Shown here: positions 63,679-64,000 of the stretch, piece after piece | How positions within the stretch are numbered: the first letter of the stretch is position 1 | Layout: every line of letters begins with the position of its first letter | Source: Acidimicrobiia bacterium | Lineage (GTDB): Bacteria; Actinomycetota; Acidimicrobiia; IMCC26256; PALSA-610 | Assembly (NCBI GenBank): GCA_038209365.1 | Contig: JBBQXS010000016.1 | Location: forward strand, 7,870-71,869 | Length of the DNA stretch: 64,000 nt | Direction of reading: 5' to 3' | Position numbers and translations under genes: made by a program | The notes under the pieces: generated by a model | Told to the model about the DNA's origin: nothing | Databases searched by the model: none | The model's input: the letters and a program-made list of their open reading frames with translations, nothing else

Positions 63679-64000
63679 TCAGACGACGTCGACGACCGGT
63701 GCCACGAACTGTGAGTTGTAGAGCCGGGAGTACGGCCCGTCGTGGGCGAGCAGCGCGTTGTGCGACCCCTGTTCGACGATGCGGCCGTTCTCCATCACGA
63801 GGATGATGTCGGCGCCGCGAATGGTCGACAGGCGGTGGGCGATCACGAAACTCGTGCGCTCTCTGCGCAGCGCGTTCATCGCCTCTTGGATGAGGACCTC
63901 GGTGCGGGTGTCGACGGAGCTGGTGGCCTCGTCGAGGATGAGGATGGCCGGGTCGGCGAGGAAGGCTCGTGCGATGGTGAGCAGTTGCTTCTGCCCGGCG
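63679..64000 (-). CDS. ABC exporter (fused permease/ATPase type), C-terminal NBD fragment; gene continues beyond the window
   Basis: The reading frame is open to the window edge. [29 protein letters not shown] (signature end and Walker B), [10 protein letters not shown] (H-loop) and the C-terminal [11 protein letters not shown]. Confidence 0.85.
   Translation of the reverse strand, partial: AGQKQLLTIARAFLADPAILILDEATSSVDTRTEVLIQEAMNALRRERTSFVIAHRLSTIRGADIILVMENGRIVEQGSHNALLAHDGPYSRLYNSQFVAPVVDVV

Noticed and set aside
59887-64000. Lasso-peptide (or other RiPP) biosynthetic cluster built around the AsnB-like enzyme and the ABC exporter. This includes a 28-aa minus-strand micro-ORF at 63529-63615 (MVLSSKNRLRNRLSSDLLCRCRGEACGG) as the precursor.
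   Set aside because: No transglutaminase-like leader protease or PqqD-like RRE is recognisable. The micro-ORF has no Shine-Dalgarno sequence, overlaps the AsnB-like start out of frame, and lacks the Gly/Ala/Ser/Cys-1 plus Asp/Glu-7-to-9 core layout. The PP-loop is TGGKDS rather than the SGGLDS usual in lasso cyclases. I keep it only as a remote possibility.

Overview
This is a visibly high-G+C, GC3-rich, tightly packed chromosomal segment of actinobacterial type. I support about 65 protein-coding genes, many joined by 1-4 nt start/stop overlaps. I found no rRNA, tRNA, CRISPR array, transposase, integrase or prophage genes. All family calls come from reading the translated ORFs for motifs by eye; no database was searched. 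Many long ORFs in the track are antisense shadow ORFs typical of high-GC DNA and were discarded.

Functional blocks:
- (1) 1-18.3 kb, cell-envelope glycan and lipid-phosphate block: secreted GH5; a 1229-aa GT2 + GT-C fusion glycosyltransferase with a tandem-repeat linker; four PAP2 phosphatase domains (one fused to a eukaryotic-like kinase); two UPF0104 flippase-like proteins; a UbiB/ABC1 kinase; ExoD; an orphan betaine-type binding protein; a class III cyclase; DedA.
- (2) 18.2-28.2 kb, polyamine uptake and catabolism: saccharopine-DH-like gene, potCBDA-like transporter, class III aminotransferase, Lrp, aminoaldehyde dehydrogenase, GabT.
- (3) 28.3-37.6 kb, mixed: large unknown lipoprotein, F420/PPOX-like protein, MaoC dehydratases, PRC-barrel protein, an unpaired GyrB/ParE-type subunit directly behind a PAS-GGDEF-degenerate-EAL gene, and an SDR.
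- (4) 38-43.4 kb and 47.3-58.7 kb, lipid/steroid-like catabolic genes: amidohydrolases, acyl-CoA ligases, two P450s, SDRs, a limonene-epoxide-hydrolase-like protein, a Zn-ADH, a D-aminoacylase-like protein, a TetR, and 2x DUF35 + 2x thiolase-like genes.
- (5) 43.9-45.0 kb: an encapsulated-ferritin + family-1 encapsulin operon.
- (6) 46-47.4 kb: an orphan D12-class adenine methyltransferase and a mini Hsp20-like ORF.
- (7) 59.3-64 kb: RsbW-like kinase, two small proteins, alanine racemase, a Cys-less AsnB-like PP-loop enzyme, and the 3' end of an ABC exporter.

Non-coding signals found by eye:
- A family of three conserved ~40-nt palindromic hairpins at gene ends.
- A recurring asymmetric 17-bp palindrome at the TetR promoter (two copies) and upstream of a distant amidohydrolase.
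- A GGAAT-N18-GTT (SigR/SigH-type) promoter in front of an orphan RsrA-like anti-sigma gene.
- An 18-bp perfect palindrome in a divergent promoter.
- Two in-frame tandem repeats.
- An AT-rich island with two tiny tandem ORFs.

The most unusual candidates for something undescribed are the PAP2/kinase/lipoprotein envelope module next to the GT2-GT-C megasynthase, and the AsnB-like/Alr/small-protein cluster at the right end.
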